A stretch of DNA of 48,336 nt from Guillardia theta CCMP2712 (GCF_000315625.1 NW_005434488.1:43827-92162), one strand, 5' to 3'. Positions 35,660 to 48,279 are shown, counted from the first letter of the stretch. The notes: generated by a model from the sequence alone, not told the origin. Translations and numbers: made by a program.

Positions 35660-36178
35660 ATGTCATCAATCACTGCTACTATGGAGCAACAGGCATCCCT
35701 GAACAAGTTCGCCAACGACATCGTCGTCGAGACACAGCAGCATGATTGTTACCTGAAAGACACCCCAAGGATGGAGGAGGAGGAAGTGGACGTGGATTAT
35801 CCGAGGCACAGCGTTCCTTTTGAAAACTGCAACCTAGAGTTCGCCATGCCTCCGCCCAGAAGGTACATGCGGTCTGAAAGCAGCTCAAGCTTGAAGTGCC
35901 TGCTGTCCAAGGAGAGGGACTTTACGAGCAGGGAGTGGAGAAAGGGGATGATGCGGTCCTCATCGGAGAGATGCCTCTCTTCCTCCGGCTCCTTCGTGCG
36001 ATCACGCAACAAGTGCTTCCAGCTTCCTTCATGGCAGGAGGCGGAGATAAGGAAGAAGCACAACATGTCGGTAGGGATGGAGCTATCGCAGTCGGACGAG
36101 GCAAAGTTGCCTGCTAGGATGATGCTGCTAGACCTGAGGAGATCAAACAGCGAGCCCTGTCTTGTTTCTCTTGACTGA
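35660..36178 (+). CDS. Small intronless protein (172 aa), paralog of 21974-22447
   Basis: Clean ATG-initiated ORF after a CT-rich leader. C-terminal motif RKKHNMSVGMELSQSDEAKLPARMMLL. Confidence 0.75.
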   Translation: MSSITATMEQQASLNKFANDIVVETQQHDCYLKDTPRMEEEEVDVDYPRHSVPFENCNLEFAMPPPRRYMRSESSSSLKCLLSKERDFTSREWRKGMMRSSSERCLSSSGSFVRSRNKCFQLPSWQEAEIRKKHNMSVGMELSQSDEAKLPARMMLLDLRRSNSEPCLVSLD

Positions 36179-36549
36179 CATGAGAGAGTTATCTGACTAC
36201 AACGTGTACAACCTTACCAGCTTGTGAGATTATTTCCATTTCAATAAAGACATTATGTTTCAGTGTATTGTTGTTTGGTACTTGTGCGCCTGCTACTGTT
36301 TGTACGGTCGAATGCATGCCGAGCATGCTTTCTGATTGTTTACATTGTTTACACATCCTTTCCTCCGAGATGGACAGCAAGTACAACTCGACCCGTCAAT
36401 ACAGGTATGGCTCCACCTTCCTCCATAAAAGGACCACCCCAAGACTGCACAACAACAGCATCACTTCGGTCCCACCCCCCAACCCCCATCCTCCTCCTCC
36501 TCCTCCACCACCTGATCGAGAGCAGACAGACGTCATGAGTCACAGCAGG

Positions 36550-39015
36550 TTCAGTTGGCTCTCGCCTCATCCCTCTCCTCCCGGGCTGCTGGGGTTCGTG
36601 GATGACTGTCTCACCATCAGAGTCCGCTGATACCGTGGCTCGGACTGCCTGAAGATGCACTTTGAGTAAACTGACTGATGATGCCATTCGGCCCGAGCCT
36701 CTGACGGGGCGGCGGCAGCGGCACGACGGTGGCCGGCGGCATACCAGCATGATGCCGTGACGGCCTTCCGCGGGGTGCTGCTACACCAGTTTGAACAGCG
36801 GTGATCAGACTGCCTTGTCCTCTCCCAGTGACTCATGCCAGCAGCTCGATCCNNNNNNNNNNNNNNNNNNNNNNNNNNNNNNNNNNNNNNNNNNNNNNNN
36901 NNNNNNNNNNNNNNNNNNNNNNNNNNNNNNNNNNNNNNNNNNNNNNNNNNNNTGCGGGGCAATGAACAGAGAAGGGACGAGAGGAAGAGAGCAGGAGGTT
37001 GAGTACGACAGGGTGAATGAAGGAAGGGGCAGAGGAGAGGGATGGAGGAGGAGAGAGTGAACGCGAGAGAGAGGGAGCGAGGTCAAGGGAGGGAGGGGGA
37101 GGGGGAGGGGGGGCCGAGAGCAGCAGAGTACGATGGAGAGAATGGAAGGGTGGACGAGGGGAGGGGAGGGAAAGTGAGGAGAGGAGAGAGGAGAGTAGGA
37201 GAGAACAAGATGGAGGAATCGAGGAAGGAGGACGGGGACAGGAGCAAAGGAGCAAGAGAAACGCTAGAAAGAGGAACAACAACACTGAGAGGAAGAGCAA
37301 GGAAAACCTTACCTGATGCAATGGCATTGCGATGAGCCAGCAGCGGAAAGCGTCCTTGAAGCGAGCATTCTCATGCTCGAAAACATGCCAACTTCCTTTC
37401 TGTATGAGAAGATCAGCAGAGGAAGAGGAGGAGAGAGGGGGAGAGGGGAGGAAGGGATTAAGCGCGAATGAGAGTAGTTCGAAGGAGATTAGAGGAGAAA
37501 GGAGACAATGGAGGAGGGAAAGGCAGGGAGGGTCAGAGTTGTGGGAGATATGAACAATCAGGAAACGAAAATTCAAAGGAGGGGGGAGAAAAACAAACAT
37601 GACAAGGAGATGTTCAGGTCCATGTCAAAGAACGAAGGAAACAGAGCAAGCAGAGAGTAAAAGAGAGCAGATGTAAGTTGGAGTGCAAGAAGGTAAGAAA
37701 GACGAACTTGGAACTGATTTAGCATAATCCCAGCAGCTACCCATGATATGCTGAGAGTCGCCGCGCTGGTGAAATATCTGCGAACAGCAAGTCAGGAAAG
37801 TCAACGATGAGCAAGATCCTGGAAAGGAGGAGGGAAGGAGTGAGGGAATGAGGTAAGTTCGAGAGCTGGAGGAGAGTTTGAACGAATACTGCGACAGAGG
37901 AAGAGGCAGAGGCAGAGGCAGAGGCAGAGGCAGAGGAAGAGAAAGAACGAGGAGGAGGAGGAGAAGGAAAGGGATTGGGGGTGGGAGGTGGGTGGAAGAA
38001 GATGAGGAGGATGATGATGAGAAAGTGAGAAACAGGCAAGCACGCAGGCAGGTAGGGCAGGGCAGGGCAGGCAGGGAGCATACCGTGATACTATGATCCA
38101 GTCTGTGAGTGTCATGCCTGGCGTGTCTTTGGGACCCTGTGCAACCAGCTAATTTGCCGGTTGTGTCAGATAAGGCGAGGAAGTGGAGGGAGAGGAGGTG
38201 GAGGGAGAGGAGGTGGAGAGAGAGGAGGTGGAGAAGAGCTGGAGGGAGAAGAAACGGAGGGAGAGGGTTGAGAGGCAGGGGAGGTCACAAGGACATGGGA
38301 GGAGGGAAATGTTAGGGAAGGTAGACAGAGAGATGAAGGAAGGAGAAATAACCTCGCAGATGGCTTGAGATAGGCTGTAGATGGAGAGAATGGAGATGTC
38401 GTTTTGAATACTCATAAGCTGCAAACCGCCAGCATCAGACATGGCGGCCGGACAATAAACAAGTCATGTTACATCAAAAGACTCGTTGTGAGGTGGTTTG
38501 ATCAGTCTGTTGATATTCACATCGTGAAAGTCGAACAGCTCACTGATATCTTGATCTTGATCTGCCATGACGCTCTGTCCACAAAGTCACACGGGGAAAG
38601 CGACGCGTTTTCATCATTCACATCAACATCCGACGCGTTCTTCTTCTGATTCTCATCTGACCTTGTGCTGTCCTCAACAGTGATGTTCTGACTCCATTTG
38701 GCTTGCAAGCAACTGGTTGAACAACCATCTCCCCTCAACACCACTCCTTGCATACTGAGAACAGCGTGCAGTCGACCGGGTATATGTAAGGCCCCTTGAC
38801 GGATCTTGGCACGGTTTGAGCTCGTTGCAAGCCGGCTTGCAGTCATTGTCCTGACATTAGGTAGACACCTCAACGCAAGACATGTGTCTGCAAACAAACA
38901 AGACACCAACACAATCATTGCGCTGAAAGATGCTCGTCTGTTCTGATCCCGGCACTGTCCCGCCGTTCTCCTCACGCTCTCACAACCGTCCTCCTTCCTA
39001 CCGCAGCTCCGCATT
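36550..39015 (-). CDS. Probable multi-exon gene of unknown function, possibly with signal peptide; spans N gap 36853-36952
   Basis: Hydrophobic SAMIVLVSCLFADTCLA near the 5' end. Splice-bounded exons DQDQDISELFDFHDVNINRLIKPPHNESFD, LMSIQNDISILSIYSLSQAICE, LVAQGPKDTPGMTLTDWIIVSR and 37313-37400. Ends uncertain; no domain recognised. Confidence 0.5.
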
Positions 39016-39599
39016 TTTGTTCCCCGAGTGCACATGATAGCAATGCAGCAGGTCTTGCTGCGATGGGGGCAAGGAAAATATTCCAGGAGCCGATTACAGA
39101 AAGGATGATGATGCTTCAATGGATTGGTTCTCCCGAGATTGTTTGAGAGTAGAAGGTAGAGAATACAATGGATGAGCGGATAGTAGAGAGTGCGCAGCAA
39201 GGGAGAAGATTCAGAGACTGCAGAACAAGGAACAAAGATCAACGAGGATGGTTCCGAGGAGCTAGGAGTAAGACTGGTATGCGCTGCGCCGACGTTGAGA
39301 TTGAGATTTTACGAGAGAAGACAACCTGTAAGAAGAGAATGTCAGGGCGACAAACAGACACTGGGAACGAGACGAGCTAGTGAAGGAAGGAGAAGCTGGA
39401 GAAGGATGTAAGGGGAGTATGAAAGAGCTAACAAAAAGAGGAGACATGAAGATAAGTCCAACAAGAGGATCAGAGAGCGATCAGCTGAAATGTAGCATGA
39501 GGAAGGGAGCTAGAGCCAAACGGCCAGGACGAGACGAAGGGAAGGCAAACGATGATAGCCAAAGCTGTATCAGAAGTAGGAGAGGCAGCAACAGGAGGA

Positions 39600-39935
39600 G
39601 GATGTAAGGGGAGGAGAAGGAAAAGCAGCAGCAGCAGCAGCAGCGGGAAGTAGAAGGGGGAGAGGAGCAGGAGCAGATTTAGGAGGAGGAGGAGGAGGAG
39701 GAGGAGGAGGAGGAGGGGGAAAAGCAGCAGCAGCAGTAGCAGCAGGAGCAGGAGCAGCAGAAATAGAAAGAAGGGCAAGAGGGGCAGGGGAGAGGAGCAG
39801 GAGCAGGAGCAGGAGCGTAAGCGTAAGCAGGAGCAGCAGCAGGAGCAGCAGCAGCAGGAAGAGCAGGAGGAGGCGGAAAAGCAGGAGGAGGAGGAGGAGG
39901 AGGAGGAGGAGGAGGAAAGGGGGGGGGGGGGGGGG
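39600..39935 (+). repeat. Compound (GCA)n/(GGA)n/(GGAGCA)n/poly-G low-complexity tract
   Basis: Seen directly. Confidence 0.9.
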
Positions 39936-40472
39936 ATCGAGCTGCAGCAAGGGATGCATGCTCAGGGGTTTCAACCCTCGTCATGTCACACGATGCAAAA
40001 TTTTAATGGTTTTTCGTTTGCTTTTCTCCATTTGTTTTTCTTAGTTTTGAAATTAAAGAACAAAATTACAAAGATGTGTCCCGAGTATTTGCAAGTAGGA
40101 GGGGGAAGGTCACGAAATCTGAGGCCGAGCAGGTGTTGCCGCTTGCTCCATGAAGACAACGAATGACACTCGTGCGATGATGATGTAGGTTTGATGATAA
40201 CAGTGATGTTTGATGATCATAGAGACGATGACACTTGTGATGAAAGGATGTAGGTTTGATGATAACAATGACATTTCCCCGTGTGATATGATGATGCATA
40301 ATTTGAACAAAAGCGAGTTAAGCTCTGTGAGAAGGAGCAAGTTTTGAAGTATGCAGTAAGTTTAAATTTAAGATAAGAATATCAAGAAATCTAGTAAACA
40401 GGTAGCCGAGCAACGCTGATCTCTCAAGGACTGGCTCGACAGATGTCGATTTCACATCAACCCCTCAAACAA

Positions 40473-43114
40473 TCAAGCTTTTTCCTCCTGTTGCAACACG
40501 ACAAGTCAGATCAAACCCCGTGCCCCATCATGCGGTCAATCATAAGGCACAGGTACACAGCACCGACCTTAGAGTCTTTGTCTAGTCCAGACGAGTCGCC
40601 GTCGTTGTTCTGAAGACAACTATGAGGATGCGACATACAGCGCGTGTCTTGGCTCCCTCACCTTAGCTAGCTCCGGCTGCTTCGCCGCTATGTGTGCTTC
40701 CAACGCACTCAAGATCGTCTCGGTCCCGTTGTACTCTGAACAACAAGTGAGACCGAGAGGGAGGCAGACGAGCCAAGAGAGGAGCGGAACGGAAGGGGAG
40801 GAGAGGAGGTAGAGGAGAGGAGGAGGAGAGGAGAGAGGGCGAGGAGAGGAGTGGCCGACCTGGAAACAAGGCGGCGATCTGAGTGTTGGCCAACGTAGCC
40901 TTGAGCTGTTCCCCGGTCACCATGGACTCCCCGATCGAGACCCCCGACCCTAAGGGCAGGACGTCAGCGAGACAGGAGGAGGGTCCAGCCATGACATCAC
41001 CGTTAGCGGAGGAGAGCGAGATAGCAAAGAGGTTGCTCGTCCCGTCCAGCAGGTTGATGTCTGAAGGCTGCTCCTTGCCGTCCTCCGTCAAGACCTCCGC
41101 GTAGAACGACGGCACTGAAACCCACACTTGCAGCGGCTCTACGGACTCTCCCGCTTCTGAAGCAGCCTGCGCGTCCTGGAGAGCATGTCACGGCCATGTA
41201 CTTTACCATCAGCGAGCGTACGAGATGTACCTGAGTGACAAGAGACATGTTCTGCTTCACGTCGTACTCTGTGATCACTCCGATCCACCACCTGAGGTCG
41301 CCGTCATCGCAGACAAGATCGTCCCATGACAGGTCTTGGTTGCATACCTGTGCTCTGGAGCGTTGTACACTCGCACCTTGGTCCCGTTCGCGGCAGGTTT
41401 TTGCGTGTTCAGTGAGATGACGTTGAGGGGTAAGTAGACGCTCTTGAAGTAGAGCTCATCGAAGATCTGTTGTCACATGTTACGAACTGCCTGCTGCCTG
41501 CTTTGAGAGGATGTCCGCTCACATTTGCCAGCATGTTTGCCAGCGAGTAGAACAAGGTCTGTGGAGACTTCTCAAGGCAATTCCGCCAGATATTTACAAC
41601 AGCTGAATGCATCTCGAATGGCGTTCGGTACCCGCCCTGCAGAAAGCCGAGTCAGGCGCCACGGGAGCCACTAAGATGCTCGTTGACCTGTTCCAACGTT
41701 GTCTTGACACCTTGAAGTTCGGACTGCAGATTGATGGGATCACTAGGCGCAGCTTTATATTGCAGCGAGTTCATCTAGAGGAGACAACTGGTCAGGGTCG
41801 GACGGCCTCACAGACTGCAACAGTACCGCGTTGGGGAGTTGTCGGTTGACGAGTTCGTCGATGACTTTCCAGCAAGCAATCACCGCTTCCGACGAGGTCT
41901 GGGGGACTAGTCACGACCCAGAGACACGACCTGCGACAAGAGCACCGTGATCGTTGACGACGTCAGCGTGCCAGAGGCCATGCGCTTCGCAGGGTTCATC
42001 TAGAGGAGGGGTCAGGATCATACTGGGTCTTATCAGTGGGCAACCTCGAGGTCCTCTGCCGGCCTCTTCATCCCCACCGTAGCAATGTCCTTCTTGGGAG
42101 TTCCTGCGAAGATCATGAGTTGAAATCACAAACTAGCTCATCGCGTCACCTGGTACAGGGCCGCTGCCATAGATCACTGTCCCGTCCGCTGCACTGTAGG
42201 AAGGCATCGACTCTCCTTGGCCTTGTTGCTTCTCCAGGGAGCGAGTCCCTTTGCGAACATTCCCATACCATCGGTTCTTGATTGAGTTGTCAGTCCTCCC
42301 CTTGGGTTCCAGTCAGCGATACAACTGTCGAAAACTGCAAACATGTACAGGAAACAGCTTGCTGATCTCGGCCCATCTTGATCCATACCGCTGCAGCGAC
42401 AATCAATCGTGACTGCAGAGATGAAGGTTCATGCAAGACCTGATAAGCCATGAGAAGCCTTTGATCCTCCTCGGTGGTCCATGGGTCCTTTCTGATGTTT
42501 GGATCGAGCTGAAAGCGCATTAGCTAAATACCGCCGCACACAACATGCTCATACCTGATTGTGCCATCTTTCTCTCATCTGCTTTCCCGTCCTTCCTGGA
42601 ATTGAACCGGCTAGCAGAGACCAAGACTTGGTTCCATGCCGCTGAGCACTCCCTTGTCACAACACGACACGTGAGCAGACGTTATGCGGGGGTCACCTGG
42701 ACATGCTCAATAATCATTTGATCTTCCTCCCTAGTCCAGGGTTTGGACGAGGACTTCTGTCATGTGATCAGATCGTCTGAGATCAAAGCTTAACTACTCT
42801 ACCTGAATCGAGTTTCCTTTGCCGTCTGTTGAGTCTGCCATCGAAGGGGTCAGGTTGCCTTAGACAAGCAACAGCTCCGCTCTGCACCTGCACCTCCATG
42901 CGCATATACTTCACTTGATTCTGGCTGTGAGGCGGTAGGAGGGGTGGCTGATACCTGTAATATGAATGAGCTTGTTTTCAGTCGCAAGATCCTTCTGGGC
43001 TCACCTCTACACCTGACATGTCGCTGTTGACCTGTGGATATACCATCAGATTGTCGTAACCACTATGCACAGGCTCAAGAGTGCTTCTTATCTCCTCCTC
43101 CTCTCGCTATCCAT
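40473..43114 (-). CDS. R2R3-type Myb transcription factor with C-terminal bromodomain-like and Tudor-like domains (~15 exons)
   Basis: Spliced Myb repeats KPWTREEDQMIIEHVQ|RHGTKSWSLLAGSIPGRTGKQMRERWHNQ|LDPNIRKDPWTTEEDQRLLMAYQ|RYGSRWAEISKLFP|GRTDNSIKNRWY. Then VKTTLEQ|GGYRTPFEMHSAVVNIWRNCLEKSPQTLFYSLANMLAN|IFDELY and GTKVRVYNAPEHR|WWIGVITEYDVKQNMSLV. Stop probably at 40473; start either ATG 43114 or ATG 42841. Confidence 0.88.
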
Positions 43115-43369
43115 GTCCTTTTAACTGCTTACTGTCCTTCCAACCCCCTGCTCTTGCCTCCTATACCATGATAAAAACAACACAACCCATGAAGTGGTGT
43201 GATGTGCAATACACAATCTGATCTAACATGTAGCACTTCTTTCAACCATATCATGGCATAAGTATATCATCATACATCACTGTGTCACATCATATCATCC
43301 CATCTTAGCGTCCATCGGCGCACTATCCCACATGCTCTTCTAGCATCACTTCGAAAGTCCAAGTTTGAA

Positions 43370-43560
43370 TGCCTACCCACCCCCTTAGATCCAAGAAGCT
43401 ATCCCTACCCCCCAAAATCAAATATTTCAAATAATACCCATATTAAACATACTGAATACTGTTAAAACTTAAGGGTGGGTATATATACCCACCCTGATTT
43501 TCACAAGTGGAAAACTGAAGAGGACCCCCACCCACTTGCTCGATCCCACTCCAAGCACTT
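43370..43560. promoter_or_regulatory. TACCC/CACCC motif cluster upstream of the Myb gene
   Basis: ctacccacccc, ctaccccc, gggtgggta, taccccaccc, ccccacccac. Confidence 0.4.
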
Positions 43561-43564
43561 CCCT

Positions 43565-43960
43565 CAGACCGTTACAGTTTGTACCAAGACTTAACGGTAC
43601 CCGTTAACTGGTACAAGGGTTCGTACCAAGAGTCAATTTATAATATTAAATATTGTAATGAAATTAACCACCTTGTACTAATTTTTGTACCATATTGATC
43701 AATATTTATACCTTTTCATAACGTATGGTACTGGGACCGTTGATTTCCGTTTTGTGTTGGTAGTAACCGTTAGTACGGGCCGTTGAGACCCGTTGAGACC
43801 CGTTGGTACGGACGTTTCCCAAAAAAACGAAAAACACCAGAAAAAAAAGAAACAAAATCCAAGGTACAAAAAAGAAAAAAGAAAAAGAGTCTTGGTAGTA
43901 ACCACAAAAGAAAAACTCCTTGAGTTCACTGCTTGCGGAAATAACTCCATACTTTGACTG
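43565..43960. mobile_element. Possible non-autonomous transposon remnant (AT-rich, internal repeats)
   Basis: Hairpin ttaacgg-tac-ccgttaa (43591-43607), tandem ccgttgagac x2 plus ccgttggtac (43780-43809), ttggtagtaacc twice, A-tracts. No TIR or TSD identified. Confidence 0.3.
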
Positions 43961-44734
43961 GACATTTCAAAATTAATAATGTCATTTCATAAGATGAAGT
44001 GTATTGTTTAATATTCAAAATACATCATTTAATTTCAAATGACAAGGCAACATCTGCAAAAACTATTTCGATATGTGGTGGTTGTCGCCGGGTAAACCAG
44101 CTAGTAGTGAGCCTGCCCCAGAGCTGGCTAGGCTCAGATGCCTTCCGGATTTGGCACCATGGCAATGGGTGGGATCGAGACTTGGGAAAGTCGGCAACGA
44201 GAGAGGGGGGTGAGGGTTAGAGCGAAGGTTGATGAATCGAAGGCATGAGAGACGAACAAAATGTTTTCAATGCTGAAATGTTAAAGCCCGATCATCGTTC
44301 TGAACGCTTGAAAACGTACAAAGCAAACTGTCTGGTGTAGCTCGCTGCAGAATTGATAAATGGTATTGTGTTGAAGTTGAAGATGTTTTGATTCGCTTGG
44401 AAATTGTTCTTGGTTTTCTTTCGCTAACAATACTACTGTCATCAGGGGGATGTTCAGCATCTTGGAGAAGGTTCAGGTATGGTTGTGCCAAATATCAGAT
44501 TTTCGTCTGAGATTATTTGCTTTTCGTAGGGCTTCGCTCGTTCGAGGCGTAATACCACCTATCTTGTCTCTTGAAAGCATAACTGATTCGCTTGTCTTGC
44601 TGGCAGAATTTCAGATCCTATGATCTAAAGCTCCCAAGTTTCCTACTGGAGATGACATCAGGTTTGTACATTGAAAACAGTTAAAAAAAAAAAAAGGAAA
44701 GATCTCTGCACATGAATTTGTGTCTCTATTTTAG

Positions 44735-44986
44735 GACAAACCAGTTCAGTTTCTGGCATTGAACACAAAAATGATCTCTGCTTCCTTTCCTTGATCCAAA
44801 CATTCGTTGCTGGGCTGGTCCTTGGGTGTTGCCTGATTACGATTTCAGGAAACAAGAGCAACAACAACAAGCCCAGGAACAGAAATACCAGGTAAGGAGT
44901 CAACGGGGTATATGCTGCCTCTCCACTCACTGAAACTCCCTCCAGCAAAACTGGCTCGAAGAGATGAAGAGTCTTGGAGCAGTGTA
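44735..44986 (+). CDS. Possible 3' exons of a small gene
   Basis: ...FRKQEQQQQAQEQKYQ|gtaagg...ctccag|QNWLEEMKSLGAV*. 5' part unresolved. Confidence 0.25.
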
Positions 44987-45331
44987 AGCCACCCATCAAC
45001 TGCAACAGCGCAAGGAGAAAGCCAGTCATGGATTCACGAATGACGCGGGTGTAGGAAACGTGCAATCTCATTTGCATGCTGCATCTGCCGAGACTTTTGC
45101 ACTCATTGTCTTATGTGTTAAAGTGAACATGAATGGAAATATAATTCTTTCACAAAGCAAAATCTGGAAGAGTCTATTTAAATTGCAAGCGCTCAAGTCC
45201 TTCATTTTGTTTGAGAGCGTTGCATTTCTGTAGCTTCCCAGGAATCAGAAGATGTGACATATCACACCCTACGAAAACTGAAATTCGTATGATACAGAAC
45301 TTTATTAATTCATGACCTCTATATAAGATTT

Positions 45332-45877
45332 TTACATGCAAAACTTGATCGCCCCCTCTAAGCTTGCTTGTCTGCAAATGCGATGAAGCTCCAGCAAATC
45401 TTTGGAATTTGATCCCGCGGGTCCACTCAGTGCTCGAGCACGAGGAGACATTCGGTGCTCAATCTGCTTAGAAGGCAGCGGGTTTGTGCAAACCCTTTCG
45501 GGCTTGAACGCCCTCGTCTTGCGGACGCCGACATCTCTTCGCTTGATGGCAGAAGGCCTGGGCGTATGAGAATTGATGTGAACGCCATGTCGGCGGGCGT
45601 GGGATGGAGAGGATCTGCTTGGAGAGGCCGGCTGCTTTGAAAGTGACGACCTCCCATCGAGCTGATTCAATTCCGTTATCACTGTCATCAATCGATGGTC
45701 CTGCTCAGCGGCGAGCCAGACGCATTCGGTATCGATGAGAACCGGCGGACGGGAGCGAGTCCTATCGAGGGACGAATCTTCGCAGTTGCTCAGCTGATGA
45801 CTCTGTGAGGAGGGTCTGGGGGAAAGGGAGAAACCCCAGAACTTTTCGAAGTCCTTCAAGTCGACCGGAGTCGCCAT
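45332..45877 (-). CDS. Small intronless protein (181 aa), unknown function
   Basis: ATG 45877 in good context (aaaATGG) after a CT-rich leader; MATPVDLKDFEKFWGF...DLLELHRICRQASLEGAIKFCM*. Confidence 0.65.
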   Translation of the reverse strand: MATPVDLKDFEKFWGFSLSPRPSSQSHQLSNCEDSSLDRTRSRPPVLIDTECVWLAAEQDHRLMTVITELNQLDGRSSLSKQPASPSRSSPSHARRHGVHINSHTPRPSAIKRRDVGVRKTRAFKPERVCTNPLPSKQIEHRMSPRARALSGPAGSNSKDLLELHRICRQASLEGAIKFCM

Positions 45878-46479
45878 TTTGATGATGCGAAGCAAGTAGA
45901 TGAAAGAAAAGGTAGAAGTAGAAGTTGCTGAAGGAACAGGAAGAGGGAGGAGCAGGCGAGTTCTTCTTGAGGGAGCAAGAGAACGTGAGGTTGAACTCTG
46001 TGACGACAGGGAGGAAGGAAGCAGGACAGTTAAGACGGGAACCTCGGTGTAGTAAGAAACTTTTTTGTGGAGTAAATAAGACTTTACCACACATTTTCAT
46101 GTGTAGTAAGGATACATCTCGGGCTGAGAGTTTCTAAAAATGGCGTGTTTGTGTAGTAATATACTGATGCTTACACCTCGTGTCCTTCAATAACTCCCGC
46201 TCACCTCAGATTGTCCCCTATATTATTTGAAAGGCAGTGGCTATATTACTATCATGGAGCTATGAAATGCAAAGGACAGCGACAAAACTGAACCGCCGGC
46301 CTTCGGAACGAGCGGGATCATATTCACTGTGGGGAGTGTTGGGGGTACTTATGACGGGTATCAAACCCCTTCTAATCCGCTCTCTTCCACGGGTAGTCCT
46401 AGCATATCTATTTATGCTGAATAGGGTAGGGTCCCCTACAGAGTTTACACTACGGTTCACGGTTGTTCACTTTGTGTCA

Positions 46480-47020
46480 CGGGGTCCTGCTGGGGCAACC
46501 GATACCGTGACCACCACAAACTGATCCAAATACTACTAGTGATGAGTCATGCAGCCCGCCGCCCTCGTGACCCAGGGCCCCGGGCGCAGCTGGCCATCGT
46601 GTACCGTACCGAGGCCGGGCCGGGCCGCGGCTGGGCAGTCCGATCGGATCGAGTCGGGCGGTATCTCTTGCTGCCGTTGAAAACTTGTTTGAATTCACAC
46701 GCCACCCCAAAAAAACTTTCTCGAAAAGAAGAGTAGAAATTAACGAAAGGGCTAAAAGTGAACGAACGGCGTGACGGACGGGCCACTGAGCGTCTGCGCC
46801 GGGCGGCGCCGCGGCCTGACTCAGTAAACCGTACGGTCTGTGTGAGTCCCGGGTCACCGTGTCCGGGTCACTGTGAGTCGCCATCGGCCCTTCGGAAAAC
46901 TTTTAGGCTCAAGACTCGAATGTTGAAGTTCCCAGTAACCTTCTCTCCAGACGGTGACACAGCCAGTGGCAGTGACCGTACGGTGACACCCGAAGTAGAC
47001 AGTGATAGCACCGACTGCAA
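46480..47020. other. GC-rich palindromic-word island 5
   Basis: gtaccgtaccg (46601), tccgatcggatc (46639), ccgtacggt, gggtcac, tgagtc, gtgaccgtacggtgac. Confidence 0.55.
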
Positions 47021-47541
47021 GTTTCTGTAGCAGTGGTAATAGTTATCACGAATGGCCGCGCAGGAATCATCATAGTATATCAGGATACAGAGAACAAACG
47101 GAGGTGATAAGAGATTGGTATAGATGGTCAAGCTTCAAGGCTTGTTTACTTCAAGCAATCCAGTCTCACAGAGACTATACACCTCGTTCTCCTTTCCCTG
47201 TCCTGCAAATGCGTGCGGCCCTTCTTCCTCTTCGTCGGTCCCTAAAATAGGGACTGCCTGGTCCTAGGAACTACCACTACCGGTACTCTACGCTTCTTAT
47301 CTGCGATATGATTCTTCGACCGGTCCGAGGCCTGGTTCCAGTACCTTAACCGTGAGTTGAAACCAGCTCTCAGTCTGTCACGCGGGACGGTCACCGGGTA
47401 GCACTTGAGCACTCTCCCACTGACTCGGCAGAGGAAGCCCCTTGTTACGTGAAGCTTGTCCGCTAGTCACTGAGTCCTGTACTGCCAGGCCTTCTCGGAT
47501 GACGATGAAACAATCATGCGGGAGTGCTGGCGCCAAGATGA

Positions 47542-48279
<738 letters not shown>

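Noticed and set aside
39470-39984. Poly-Leu and poly-Pro ORFs resembling signal or TM peptides
   Set aside because: Compound trinucleotide repeat tract between genes.
40180-40270. Direct repeat gatgtaggtttgatgataaca x2 as a CRISPR-like or snoRNA feature
   Set aside because: Only two copies in ATG-rich low-complexity DNA; no cas genes, no regular spacers and no convincing C/D box pair with terminal stem.
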